Source: Oopsacas minuta | Taxonomy: Eukaryota > Animalia > Porifera | Direction: 5' to 3' | Assembly: GCA_024704765.1 (NCBI GenBank) | Contig: JAKMXF010000066.1 | Coordinates: forward strand, 1,113,883 to 1,177,882 | DNA: 64,000 nt | Part shown: piece after piece, positions 37,201-47,867 of the stretch | Position numbering within the stretch: position 1 is the first letter of the stretch | Layout of the letters: each line of letters starts with the position of its first letter | Notes under the pieces: model-generated | What the model saw: the letters and a program-made list of their open reading frames with translations, nothing else | Databases searched by the model: none | Told to the model about the DNA's origin: nothing | Program-made: the position numbers and the translations under genes

Positions 37201-37288
37201 ATATCTCCTGTACAGAATTCCTGAATGGAGATCTGGCACGCGGGTTAGATCCAGGATTCTTTGGAGACCGTAGAACGTTATCTGTCAT
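20077..37288 (-). CDS. Spectraplakin (MACF1/dystonin/Shot-like): CH1-CH2, plakin domain with SH3, spectrin repeats, EF-hands, GAS2 domain; about 40 exons
   Basis: CH1 exons [13 protein letters not shown] and [14 protein letters not shown]; CH2 [21 protein letters not shown]; plakin QHPAY and THIRDY motifs; many spectrin-repeat exons; [25 protein letters not shown]; EF exons at 21313-21605; GAS2 [39 protein letters not shown]. Stop TAA at 20077-20079; likely ATG at 37288. Confidence 0.92.
20967..21040. mobile_element. hAT/Charlie-like MITE fragment (family D)
   Basis: Starts CAGCGGTTCGCAACC, related to the ends at 25609, 37000, 47637 and 57424. Confidence 0.5.
22433..24880 (-). CDS. SMCR8: SMCR8-like longin/DENN protein, intronless, nested in a spectraplakin intron on the same strand
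   Basis: [48 protein letters not shown] and [12 protein letters not shown] match SMCR8 uDENN motifs; 815-aa open frame. Confidence 0.88.
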   Translation of the reverse strand: MYGKNLKIPPLRRQGSKSGSVSSGTETKFNDFIFIAEFSEQIGPTPVLCIPDCCPQNFNQIAFAVRVLSVDWHVKVSNNSGEPLSRFSLDQDVQMLLSEPMENAEAIVNYMTVYDLHARGNERPYCICYISQDKNKILLFFEEIVKALAKIVTHIHRRNYEVFLKDLKVHSNLLRKDLQIIQTEGLPKSLPPGITPESAVEDITSHLEDMSSLMEDLDEMLCKYNTGMVTSSPGHSSILRSHSDTMTKKTGRFTKRVNSDLNYSHSISPSTLLGSPTYTLSTITSSVRNFDRKLRSLPELVSGEMWGEIRRLLEDVAHMYRQDTSVLLLNRYDTMCLKPKSSLLTIGQFAVNNFVPQERSLYQSRQKTVKGTEKAEDNTNLKPEHSNKVWSVRNSTYTTGPLLFPEKKEDETLRTKGSFSPKSFSSLESGDGQSQPPLHSSSTSSGSPNLFNTKHSRKEAERMVSNLEPVGIKVASQEQVLNVNPLGYNLLRDHNAFDYNSKIMSFEGSDSIEGSDGYLTPPDLLSTTTFDIPNLLPNSPILFTNSKLKLKSNSHGNSDLMAQLYRTPNFIHVAYSMLSGKPVMCECLNSCEMEIEELTRNSSLFLPGSANRNMILTTTDQTSLQLSNLHNIKMAMVQSKTLQNTKPYNQIRRHSQLFAINEGKSTFHGHSYDGKLLSMLSKSYITRQRTIPLNDEFILSLMQSALLNLAMKAYLLFYYSLSVRQNVIKSGDILKKSLSMSNSDWEIINYLTKIIREQLIDYDEREQTCKLLRIMDCVQSNKPQQEGPILTLLGYVDSHNEETSLIFSASDSAKK
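25155..25204. repeat. (ATT)n microsatellite
   Basis: About 16 ATT units, about 35 nt inside the donor end of the SMCR8-containing intron. Confidence 0.9.
25460..25609. mobile_element. hAT/Charlie-like MITE (family D)
   Basis: Shares GACCCCTTGGTGGTC and GATCTCAAAATTTGTATTGCA with the 57424 copy; ends GGAACCGCTG. Confidence 0.7.
28463..28613. mobile_element. Tc1/mariner-pogo-type MITE (family B)
   Basis: TA-CAGCGAAACCTCCACA ... TGAGGTTGCACTG-TA: terminal inverted repeats with TA flanks. Relatives at about 19530-19665, 20250-20285, 25964-26065, 50938-51050 and 57049-57159. Confidence 0.8.
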
Positions 37289-37755
37289 GTACCTAACTAC
37301 CGACACAAACTATGTGAATAAATGTTAATCAACTGTTAATCACTTGACAAGATTGTGCCTAAACTCATATTTAATAAATGCCATTCTACACTAAAGCCAG
37401 TATAAGTATCATATTCTATGGGTTGAAGTCACTAGTAATATTTATACACCTCAAAGCACTGCGTTGAAACCAGAGATAGAACATCATTTGAGAGGCAATT
37501 ATATTAGACTCTCCGGCGTTATACAATTTGTATTTAATTATCTTCTAAGCTATTGAGCCTATTCATTGCAAGGGTATTTTTGAATAATATAACTTATTGC
37601 TTAGCAATCGCTGAGCCGCTACATGTATGTTGTTATTATTGCTACATACAGCTAGTCAGATCAACAACAATTATGATATTCTAATGCAGTTTGAGAATGG
37701 AATTCTACCGAATACTGTTACGTTGAATTTATTATAATTATGCAATTCTATACTA

Positions 37756-39208
37756 TCAACAGATTTTCGGAGAGCCTGCATTTTCTTTCGTTTTCGTTTC
37801 TGCGTGAGTATCTCCACGTATTTGAGAATTATCCTCCTGTTTGTTTGATTCGTCTGATTCAGCAACAAAATTATGTTTGTTTAGGTTTCCTAGCCAAATA
37901 AACATTGATTTATGTTCAGACTCTTGTTGTATAATATGTGGGTAAATATATTTATCTCTAAATTCTACAACTTCGTTCTCAAGACTTTCCCATTCTATTC
38001 GTTCATGAATACCATCGTCTCCAAATTTTCTATTATAGCCATTGAATTCTTGTTTTTCTAACATTAAGCCAAGAGACGGAGCCTTCGGTGTTTCAACTGT
38101 ATCGAGTTTGAAAGATCGAGCGATAATTTCCTCATTCGCGAAATTCTTCATAACCGCGATAGTAATTCCAATCATTTTACGGATTTGATGTAACATAAAA
38201 CTTTGTCCTTGCAAATGTATAGAAATGAATTCTAACTTACTTTTCTGGTCCAAAAATGGCAATCCTAGACTAACGTTAATAATATAACGGTTACAGCTGG
38301 GATCTTTTGCCTTGACTGCACTCGTGTAATTATGGAAATTATGAGTGCCTTTGAAAATACTCAATACATTTTGCAATCTGCCTACAGTCTCTGCATCAAT
38401 TCTGTAACCTTCATAGGTCTGTTCGTATGTTGGTGCGAATGCAAATGTTGGGCAAATATAATTATAGAATCGACTACTGCAAAAGTGTTTGCCGTTGAAA
38501 GATTGAGTGACTCTTAAAATCCTGAATACCCGAATCTGAGGAGGCAAAAATGAATTTATACCATCAAGATGACTCTTCAAAACATCCATTTTAAGAGAGA
38601 CAATCTGGCGAACAGCTGATACTCCTTTGTCTGTTTTAGATGTTCTTTGGAACTTTAAGTGTCCTAAAATTACACAAAATTATACATGTATTTATCTAAG
38701 GTATGACTGGCAGGTAGAATGTTGATTGTATAATATTATATTAATGAACAATGGATAATAACAAACTATATTTATGCAAAATAGGCAAAATCATCGAAAA
38801 AAAGGAAATTACACCTACGATTTTTACTGTACCTAGTTGGAACTTGACTTCCTCAGATATTGCTCCAGCTTTGAAAACAGCTTCCAACAGTTCTCCCTCT
38901 ATAGTCTTGGTACCAGCATTGTATTGCATTCCATGATAACCATATCCATTGTATGACATGAATAATGCAACCATTTTTCTGCTTACTTTAATCGGTGAAT
39001 TATCTTCAACCTTCTGAACTGAAGCAATCACTTCTTTTGGAATTTCAACAGTTTGATCTGACTCAATAACTATGTTGTCAGGACTATTACCATGAGAATG
39101 CTCTGGTGAATCAGACTTAGAACGTTTGCTGCTGCTCACTAACTTTCCAGCTTCTGAACAGTTCACTAATAGTTTACGTCTCATTGCTAATAGTCTAGCA
39201 ATGCACAA
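37756..39208 (-). CDS. PUS1: tRNA pseudouridine synthase 1 (TruA family), two exons
   Basis: Exons 39208-38833 and 38663-37756 join in frame (1284 nt): KMVALFMSYNGYGYHGMQ, TIEGELLEA, FQRTSKTDKGVSA, FKGTHNFHNYT, GQSFMLHQIRKMIG, KAPSLGLMLE. Confidence 0.93.
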
Positions 39209-40046
39209 TCAATACATTACCAGCAATACTGATTGACTTGTAAAAGCTGACATGTATATTATCTAGCCTAAAAATGCCTGTGTGGCCTGACCAATTTCTC
39301 ACTAATAGATGCTCAACATTTGCGCAATAATACCAATCATAAGTGGACACGAAGCTATAATCGTTGTAAATTAAAGTTATTAACAACTAAACGTGTAGCC
39401 AAGAATTGTTGTTTACAATTTTAATAAGACATAATACTAAAAGTTTAACACACAATATTAGCGTATTTGCTCTCAAGTTGCAATCGATATACAAACAGTC
39501 AGCATATATGTAATACTTTATGTCAAATTATAATTTATTAAAATGGTGGTTCAAAGGAGGAGGGATGTATTCCAGACTTTTGAACTAATAACATACTTTA
39601 TTTCCTAAAATCAAGAACATCTGGATAAATCAGGCTGAATCGATAATCATTGGATCATACAATCAGTGTTAAAATTGAATTTCTAATCATTTCTATTATC
39701 AGTAAAATTTCTTAAATTTTAAACTTTGTATAATTCGTGATGCTTAACAAACGAATAATTGTGGTTAATAGGGGAAATAAAATATTGACGCTTGAAATGA
39801 AGCCTTGATGCCAAAAGTATAGCTTAGTTGTTAGCCACTCAATTCTTATAAGGAATGTACATCTGTTTTAGATAAAAAGCAAAATCTTATCATATTATTA
39901 TGTGACAAATAGATTAATAAAATATGGTAAATGTTAATTAACTGTTAAAATAATACATAGCTCTAAACGCTCAGTGAGCCATAATTACAATATACACAAT
40001 ATACATCGAGTTTGTGGGTAAAAGACAGGAATAAAAAATTCCTGAT

Positions 40047-42242
40047 TTAACAAAGAATAATATTCTCTTCTGTCGTATAGAAAATATGCCCGAAGAAATC
40101 AATATTCATTGATTTAGGATTGAATGATTCTGGTACTTGTTCGCGTACAACCAGCTCTAGATCGGGGTTGAATATGTATAAAGTATTATTTTGATGGATA
40201 AAAAGTGTATCAGATGCGTTGACGCAGACGAACGTTGTGAAGTTCGGTATTCGCTCCCTTGGGGGTTGAGTCGGTTCAGTTCTCTTTGGGTTAGAGTTCG
40301 AACGCTTGCGACTTCTCCCGAGGGTACCGTTTTGGTTAGTTGGCTTTTCTACAACGAGTTTTTGAATCGGCGAGGAAATTTCTTCCTCGTTTATTTTAAG
40401 TTTCAAACTTATCTCTTTCAAAATGTTACCTCCTTTGTCAAGTACGTAGAGCATTTGTTTTGAATTTGGAACGTAGAATACAGTTTCCTTAGAGTTAACT
40501 GTCAGATTTATGCTCAATTTGACTTCATCACTGAAACTAGGTTGTATGATTTCAGGGAAGAAAGTGTTCGTTGCATTTTGTTTAGATTTAGGCTTTGGAG
40601 AAACTGGAGGAAGCTTGTGTATATCACTATTACTTCTGGTCAGCCTATTCGCCATTGGAAAAGGAATATCAAAACTACCTAAGTATGTTAACGACATATC
40701 GAATCTGTTGACGTTATTCGTAAGCAGGTTGTAGACGAGAAACTGTGCATTGGTCTTATCGAATGAAATGCAAACAGGATCTTCGAGAATGTGGCTCTCT
40801 GAAACAATTTGCACCGTGCTCAGCATATCATCAAGCTTCAGCAGTTGCTTGCCTACTCTATCCACTAAGTAAGTACATCTATTTTTATGCGCTAACAAAT
40901 TCGTAACAGATTTGACGTCTATTTGTTTAGAATGACATAGATTCCTTGTAGGGGAATAAGGATCTATGATAGTAGCTTTAAAAATTGGCGCGTTAATATC
41001 CTCAGTTGCTGGAGTTGTGCAAGCTGTCTGTGTTTTGAATACAACTAGGAGATAGTTAAACATTGTTACCGTAGTAGTAACTAACGTTATTTGCTCATGG
41101 TCGGTATCTGAACCTGACCAGCCAGATTTAAGAATATTTTTAGGATACGAAGCGATGGGTGATTCTAGTTTTGGCCTACGAATTGGATCTACATGTCCGA
41201 TTTTATCAAATTCACCAGCTAACTCCAATAAGCCATTTACGTTATATTCAACTTTGCCGATATCTAAATCCATGTCATGATCGTGAAAGGTAAAATCGTC
41301 GAGTCGGTGAGACAAAGTCAATGCGAGTGGGAGTATGTATTTTGATGGATAAGTCACTGTGTATTGCTCTACGATATCAAGGCATTCTTTGGTTTTCTCG
41401 TTCAGCATTTCATTTCTCTCATAAACAGACTGTAATAGCTTTATACGCTCGTCGTGTTGACTGATTATCGAGTATACAAGCGTATTCCTACGTTGGTTTA
41501 TCTTTTCAACCAAGAAATCAAAATGTCTATGTACCTCTTCAAGCCGTTGAAATTTCTGATCTTCTAACTTTTGGCGTCCTTCCATATGCTTATCATAAAG
41601 TTCTTCGGAAAATTTGCTTCTTATCTCTTTAACTTTCTTTCCCAAATTACTAACTTTTTCTTCAATGAAACTTTTCACCAACACAGTTGGATGATCTGTG
41701 TGATACATCTTAGCGCAATCGTCGCAGAAATATTTATCACACGCAGTACAGAGATACTTGACATGAACAAGAGGGTGATTCGGACAACCTATGTATGGTT
41801 CGCTTGGGACTATACTCGAGATTAGGGAAGTATTTAATTCTGTGAGTAAGATGAATGTATGCTTGCCAGAACCGAATTTGAGATGAGCTGATATGTCAAC
41901 GTTGCATATGAAAACTTGACAATCTACACAAAAATTTGTAGCGTTCGAAATAGGTCTTAGACAACAATTTTTGCAAACAATCGTTTCGTTATGCTCTTTA
42001 TAAACACGGCCAGCAGTTTGTATTGCAGTGATATTTCTCAGCAACAAGTTATTTGGAAAATCAGATCCAAGAATCCCGTTCTCGTAGTAAAGTTCATCAC
42101 AGGTTTTGCAAATACTGTTATAAAGCGCACATTCTCTACAGCACGAGTGTAAACACGGTAGCATAATTGGATTAACGTAGTGCCCATCGCAGAACATACA
42201 GGATTCTGGTATCAACTCTGTATTGAGCTGTTTCGTAGACAT
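40047..42242 (-). CDS. TRIM-family E3 ligase (RING, two B-boxes, coiled coil, degenerate NHL/beta-propeller-like C-terminus), intronless
   Basis: RING CMFC..PIMLPCLHSCCREC..CKTC; B-box1 CKNC..FCVDC..C..H..H; B-box2 CPNH..LCTACDKYFCDDC..H..H; helical region; then beta-rich repeats (YLVDRVGKQLLKL, DPVCISFD, MNIDFFGHIF). Confidence 0.85.
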   Translation of the reverse strand: MSTKQLNTELIPESCMFCDGHYVNPIMLPCLHSCCRECALYNSICKTCDELYYENGILGSDFPNNLLLRNITAIQTAGRVYKEHNETIVCKNCCLRPISNATNFCVDCQVFICNVDISAHLKFGSGKHTFILLTELNTSLISSIVPSEPYIGCPNHPLVHVKYLCTACDKYFCDDCAKMYHTDHPTVLVKSFIEEKVSNLGKKVKEIRSKFSEELYDKHMEGRQKLEDQKFQRLEEVHRHFDFLVEKINQRRNTLVYSIISQHDERIKLLQSVYERNEMLNEKTKECLDIVEQYTVTYPSKYILPLALTLSHRLDDFTFHDHDMDLDIGKVEYNVNGLLELAGEFDKIGHVDPIRRPKLESPIASYPKNILKSGWSGSDTDHEQITLVTTTVTMFNYLLVVFKTQTACTTPATEDINAPIFKATIIDPYSPTRNLCHSKQIDVKSVTNLLAHKNRCTYLVDRVGKQLLKLDDMLSTVQIVSESHILEDPVCISFDKTNAQFLVYNLLTNNVNRFDMSLTYLGSFDIPFPMANRLTRSNSDIHKLPPVSPKPKSKQNATNTFFPEIIQPSFSDEVKLSINLTVNSKETVFYVPNSKQMLYVLDKGGNILKEISLKLKINEEEISSPIQKLVVEKPTNQNGTLGRSRKRSNSNPKRTEPTQPPRERIPNFTTFVCVNASDTLFIHQNNTLYIFNPDLELVVREQVPESFNPKSMNIDFFGHIFYTTEENIILC

Positions 42243-43311
42243 CGCGCGGTTGAGACCTATTGATTTTAAATTATAATATAAATTTTAAGGTTGCAATTAT
42301 TTAAGAAGTGCACATTTTACACTTATATATGCATACAAAAATTGAAAGTGTCCCTAATAGAATTATACATGACTCAATTACAAAGCAAAACCCTTACCTA
42401 TGAATTGCATTAAAACTCGCGGTTTTCGGTAGAATTTGAAAGTGGATAATATTCTATTTGTGTACAATGACTCCAGCGTATTTATATATGGAGACCGAAT
42501 TAGCTGACCTTCTGTGTGGTTTATTCTCATTAATTATTCAAGCTGTATACCAAGCAGTCAACTGATTAGAAATTCTTACAAACTCAACAATGGTTATTCA
42601 TTAAAAATAATTGCTCCATTAACAATCAGGATTTATTTTGGTGGTAATGTCATAAGGAAAACAACACAATCTTTTCAAAGAAATCTCAAATACACATACG
42701 GAGATTTTGACCTAAAACAGCTCAGTAGGGACATATTCAAGTTAATAGAAATAATTAATGTTTTGAGATCATCAATTGGATCACATTATATATAGCAACC
42801 AATCACATGTGTTACTTACGTGGTTTAGGCAAACACGAAATATAAATTCTTCAAATCTTAAAAATATAAATTGTTAATTACTAAAATTATAATTATTATA
42901 AATGTAAAACATAAAGCATATAATGAAACTATCAAATTTCTATTAATTTATTGGAGGATTACACAGGTGACTAGAGGGAGTATACAACATGTAATTAAAT
43001 GTCTGCAGTCTCGGCCGTAATAATTTACAAATGCTAATTTTAATGGTAGAATATATTGTGTCAATTTGAAGGGAAATGATTTTTGATTGCATAGTTGGAG
43101 GCAAGCACTACTGGTAACTCCATACCTGGAAATTATTGAAATTGTATTAAATGAGTATCCCACTGCCAGAAAATAATTGAATTTACCCAAATATTGTTCT
43201 ATCCCGGATAAATACTCACCCATGAAGGAGCTAAAAATTACTAATCGCTGGGGTTACTATTCCAGTAGAGAATGTATATAATTTTTCCAGTACCTCTCTA
43301 AAAATAACTTA

Positions 43312-43477
43312 CAGTCAACTCACGCTATATCGAACACGGATATATCGAAGTCTGAAATAGTACAGATATGGTCCCAAACCGTCAAAGTAACATAAATGTC
43401 ATCGGTTATATCGAACTCCGCTTATACCGAAGTAATTATCGCAGTCCCTTGAGCTTCGACATAACGGGAGTTGACTG
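43312..43477. mobile_element. pogo/Tigger-like MITE family A, full copy
   Basis: TA-CAGTCAACTC ... GAGTTGACTG-TA: perfect 10-bp terminal inverted repeats and a TA duplication. Confidence 0.85.
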
Positions 43478-44112
43478 TACATTATGTTGCCAAACTAACT
43501 CAGCTCCATATAAATTGGGCTGAATTTAACCAAATTACATTCATCAACAATCTGGTAACTGTTTATTCTACCCACAAGTTTACTCGTACTAGGGATAATA
43601 CACATTATAATATTCATTGTTCCAGAAGTATTGAAATTGATATCGAGCAACAAATAGAAAAGTGAATTGCAATTCTCTAGAAATATATTCGTAGTACAGA
43701 TTCTAAATTACTACAATGTTATCACAGTTAGACCAGGGATACAATTGATTAAACTCGAAAATATTCCAACTGATAAACAATAGAATTCGAAAAATACATG
43801 AGATACGTGTTTTAGCAATTCTTGATGATTAATCTATGCCACACAAAGTTTATTAAATATCCTAAGCTCTATGTCTTACAAACTGGCTCTTCATTTACGT
43901 ATATATTCGGAATATATTGAGAAACTGGAAAATCATCAAACTAGAATAATTTGTATTGTAATTATTCATTGTACAAGTTAAGCAGTCTTCGTATTTATGT
44001 TACAGTGTATGTATTAGCTAACTTGTGTGTTCGAATCACACACAATAGTATTCACAACTTTTCTGCAATTAATAGTAATCGCTTGCTCTCAATACATATA
44101 TTGTTAGAAGCT

Positions 44113-44170
44113 ACAGTCAAACCTGCTTAACGGTCACTTTTAGCCAGTCGCTTCGGTGGCCGTTATAGAC
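44113..44170. mobile_element. Truncated pogo-like element end
   Basis: TA-CAGTCAAACCTGCTTAACGGTCAC resembles a CAGT-type terminus; no right terminal repeat found. Confidence 0.35.
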
Positions 44171-45565
44171 TTTTTCGAATTGGAACCAAAATGACATTAA
44201 CGGATGCAGCGGGGTTATACGTATATTTGTGTAAGGGCTATATAATTATTGAAATCTCTCTTAATAAATATATGCTACTACCATACAAATAAACTGAAAG
44301 TAGATTAACAATTACCAGCTTGAGTAAACTCGAGCTTAATTATTCAAACTCTATATACGTAACAGTACATTTGACAATAATAGTATGTAATAATAGTTTA
44401 TACAAAGTTCATTTAACCATGATATATTACGTCATCTATTAGATAGTTAGTATAATGGTAGAAATGGGAATAATTCCTGTACAATAATAGTAATAATCAT
44501 CCAAGAAAAATGGCCAGTACTCAGAGGTTCGGAAAAGTATTTGAAGGGTGCTCGAAACACAGGCCTTTATCAGAGTGCTAAGCGGGAAATGAAGTCATTG
44601 GATACGCGAAAGAAATAGTTTATGAGACTTGATGAAGCACTGATTTCAATACATACTTGTAATAAAACATGAATTTTCCAATAAAATTATCGGAATATTG
44701 AGCGAGCGAGGCTAGCGAGCAAAAATTACTAACTAGTACCGAAGGTCATTTAAAACAGTTCTATAAACATAATAATCTCACCATATTTGGGTATTGTAGG
44801 CAATACAAATTCTGTGATTTCCGTAATATTGCGCTTATTCGAAACCCACTGTGTACGTAACATGACTGTTCAATATGATAAAAATAAATTATATAACCAA
44901 TAACAATACAAATATATTTCCACAACCAATTGTCAACCAAATTACAGACTTGAACTAAAGCATCTAAGTATAACCATCTGGTCGAAATTTCTCAAGTCAT
45001 TCTTCACCCTTTTAATGAGATTGGAGATTCTTGTACATGATGATTAACAGAGTTATTGCATAAGTGTTATAATTATAATATCATATTTGTTAACTAAATA
45101 ATCTCGTGGGAGAATAAACTCTTCTACGTAGTAATGTACTTTCCATACCTTTAATAAAGTGAAATGAATAATTGGTGCAAAATTGTAAAATAGCTAATCT
45201 CCAGCGTAGCACCCACAGTATACTAATTATAAGACAATTGAAAGTAAAGCTCTATGAGTCATAACTCATAATGATATAATGAATTATACAAATATGTTCT
45301 AATCTAGGAAATTGAATGATGGCTTAAGATTGGAAATACGGATACTGTCATTAAATCTAGACAATGAGTTAGAGACATAACAGTCATATGTTTAGCTCGA
45401 ATTGATAAATATTCTGCGATAATTCACAAATTAGACAAATTTGTGGCCGAAAAGAAATCCGCACAGATAGTATGTAATCTAATTAGTATGGATTTTACTG
45501 AGTATTTGGGGAAATCACGTTAATTGACGCGGTTAGGGGGAAACGCGGATCGTATTCCTTATATA

Positions 45566-45640
45566 CAGTGAATGCCTATTATAAGAACACGTATTAATAC
45601 TCTCAATCCCAAGGGTTCTTTAATCTTACAACCGGCACGG
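45566..45640. mobile_element. MITE family C, deleted copy
   Basis: TA-CAGTGAATGCC..TTATAAGAACACGTATT ... ACCGGCAC; shares sequence with the 46221 and 54785 copies. Confidence 0.55.
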
Positions 45641-46220
45641 TATCCAACAAGGGAATTCAGTATTCGCAAATAAAAAAACAGCCACTTACTTCAACTTAAG
45701 TTATGTGGTTATTTTCTTTTCAATATCTCGCCTACTAGTTGCATACTGGTCTAATCTAACATAATACATGTTAATAAACAATTATATGTGCAAAGGTCTT
45801 TGTGGTTTGGGTTTGGCTTGTGTGTAAATCTAGCCCACACTTACTTGTAAAAAGAGATTTTGAAGAAGAAATCTCACTGACTTCTTCATAATTACAACAA
45901 ATAAGCTTAATGCTAATTGTTAAATTCCTAAACAAAAGTACAAAGTCAGTGGAAATCCTAAGAAACACTAAAATCTTGGTTTAATTGATACAATAAAGCC
46001 CTCACATTAAAATTCACAAATTCCAACAAGAAGCGAATTTTTGCCTTTTCTAAATTTTCTTATTTCATTCGTGTAGTACATACACCCAGGGACGTCGCTG
46101 GAGCTTGGGGGGTGGGCAAACCAAACCAAGTAGGAGCGCCAGGACCGTTAGGTTGTCATAGGCGGAAAGATGGGCTACTAATCCACACGACGATGTATAT
46201 TAATTGCCTTATGAAATTAA

Positions 46221-46353
46221 AGTGGATACCGGTTATAAAAACATGCCGGATATAAACACCATCCTCTGGAAAACAGTTCTTAAATAGTCCTGTAAGTAAA
46301 TTTTATACCGGTATAATAACACGTATTGGGGTTCTTATAACCGGCACCCACTG
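46221..46353. mobile_element. MITE family C
   Basis: AGTGGATACCGGTTATAAAAAC ... GTTCTTATAACCGGCACCCACTG-TA: inverted termini of about 22 bp. Confidence 0.75.
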
Positions 46354-46917
46354 TAGTAGGAAAATTAAGATCGCCAGATTACACATCAGCTGAACCATAT
46401 AAATTGAATCACATTTGCTTCTCACATATGATTATACAGATTGTATATTTTCAAACGTAATATTAGGTATCAAATTATTCAAATATTTAATATTAATATA
46501 TCTGTGTATAATGAGCACAGCACTTACTTAATGATAATTTAATAAATCTATAATTAGAATTCCTTTAGGTGTATGGCACAATTCCAGAATAACTTCTCTC
46601 AGCTAAGTAATATCCTTGAGCAATTGTGTTGGAATTCAAAGTGTTTAATTGTATTACGAATTGTTGAGTGTGTTTCATAGGAAATGCACGACTGTTAATG
46701 GTTGGTAACGGCCGCCAACTAAGTATTTATCAGAATTCCAACTTGTTCTAGGAAATAGAAAATATAGCTTTACATAACAGCATAGATTTACTATATGATC
46801 CTGAGCCCGTACACATGAACATACGCATAGCAGCTAGATAGTATATATAGCAGGGTTGTCACTGGAAAAGGAACACAAACAATTCAATTCACAATTTACA
46901 CAAACCAAATGAATAAG

Positions 46918-47526
46918 ATGGGGGAAATATCCAGCAAATATCAACTTAGGAAATCAATAATTAAAGATATTAGAAAAGAATTGAACCTGAAATCGAACAA
47001 ATCAACAAAGAAATGGTACGGGAGTTTCATGAAGTCATACCCTACGGGACAAGTAGATGAAGCTGAATTCGTTTCTATTTACAAGAAATTCTTCCCTCAA
47101 GGAGAGGTGCAAGATTTCGCGAGACATGTGTTCAGAGCTTTTGGCGGGAAAGAGAAAGGATCAATTGGATTCAAGGAGTTTTACAAAGCATTCGTTTTGC
47201 AAACTTCCGGCGATTTGAATGAGAAAATCGTGTTTGCATTTAGAATGTACGATCTAGATGGAGATGGCGAAATTACAAAAGACGAGATGTTAACCATAAT
47301 TCAGTCTATCTACAAACTATTGGGCCCCAATATAAGAATGCCATCACACTTAAATACACCTGAAAAGCGCACAGAACATGTCTTCAACCAAATGGACGTT
47401 AACAAAGTTGGAAATATCAATTTTGCTGAATTTCTCGCCGGAGCACTGAATAACAGTTTTATATTGAGAATGCTAGGAGGCAGTCTGGACAGCTCACCAA
47501 CTTCTTCAAAAAAAAGCATTAATTAA
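46918..47526 (+). CDS. Neuronal calcium sensor family EF-hand protein (NCS-1/neurocalcin-like), intronless
   Basis: WYGSFMKSYPTGQV, FPQGEVQDFARHVFRAF, EKIVFAFRMYDLDGDGEITKDEM, TPEKRTEHVFNQMDVNKVGNINFAEF. The second ATG gives an MGxxxS myristoylation-like start. Confidence 0.93.
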   Translation: MGEISSKYQLRKSIIKDIRKELNLKSNKSTKKWYGSFMKSYPTGQVDEAEFVSIYKKFFPQGEVQDFARHVFRAFGGKEKGSIGFKEFYKAFVLQTSGDLNEKIVFAFRMYDLDGDGEITKDEMLTIIQSIYKLLGPNIRMPSHLNTPEKRTEHVFNQMDVNKVGNINFAEFLAGALNNSFILRMLGGSLDSSPTSSKKSIN

Positions 47527-47636
47527 TTGAATGAACAACAGAATACTAATTAACCGTGTTATGTAGATGCAGTTTCACTTACTTGTGTCAAATGATGATT
47601 TAAAATATCGTAAAATGATTCATTTAAATATTAAGG

Positions 47637-47722
47637 CAGCGGTGAGGGGTACACAGAATCTCGAAATTTGTATTGTAGTCTATGGGAGGGGCTCCACGGG
47701 TGATAAAGGATGGGAAACGCTG
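47637..47722. mobile_element. hAT/Charlie-like MITE (family D), short copy
   Basis: CAGCGGT ... AAACGCTG termini; internal AATCTCGAAATTTGTATTGTAGTCTATGGGAGG shared with the 57424 and 25460 copies. Confidence 0.7.
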
Positions 47723-47867
47723 TATTAAGTGGTAAATTTTGATATCATAATGGGTATAATGAGTTGACACAGATAATAATAAGTGATACTGTAAAATAGA
47801 ATGGAGAAATTGCCATGCAAGTTTAATGCAATCAAATCCACAACACAATGAATTGGATTAACAAAAA

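Noticed and set aside
43060-43260. Coding-like stretch with in-frame stops (LHSWRQALLVTPYLEIIEIVLNEYP...)
   Set aside because: No recognisable family; cannot be distinguished from random or decayed sequence without a search.
46085-46200. GC-rich island, possible PIF/Harbinger end or ncRNA
   Set aside because: No matching inverted terminus or recognisable RNA structure found.
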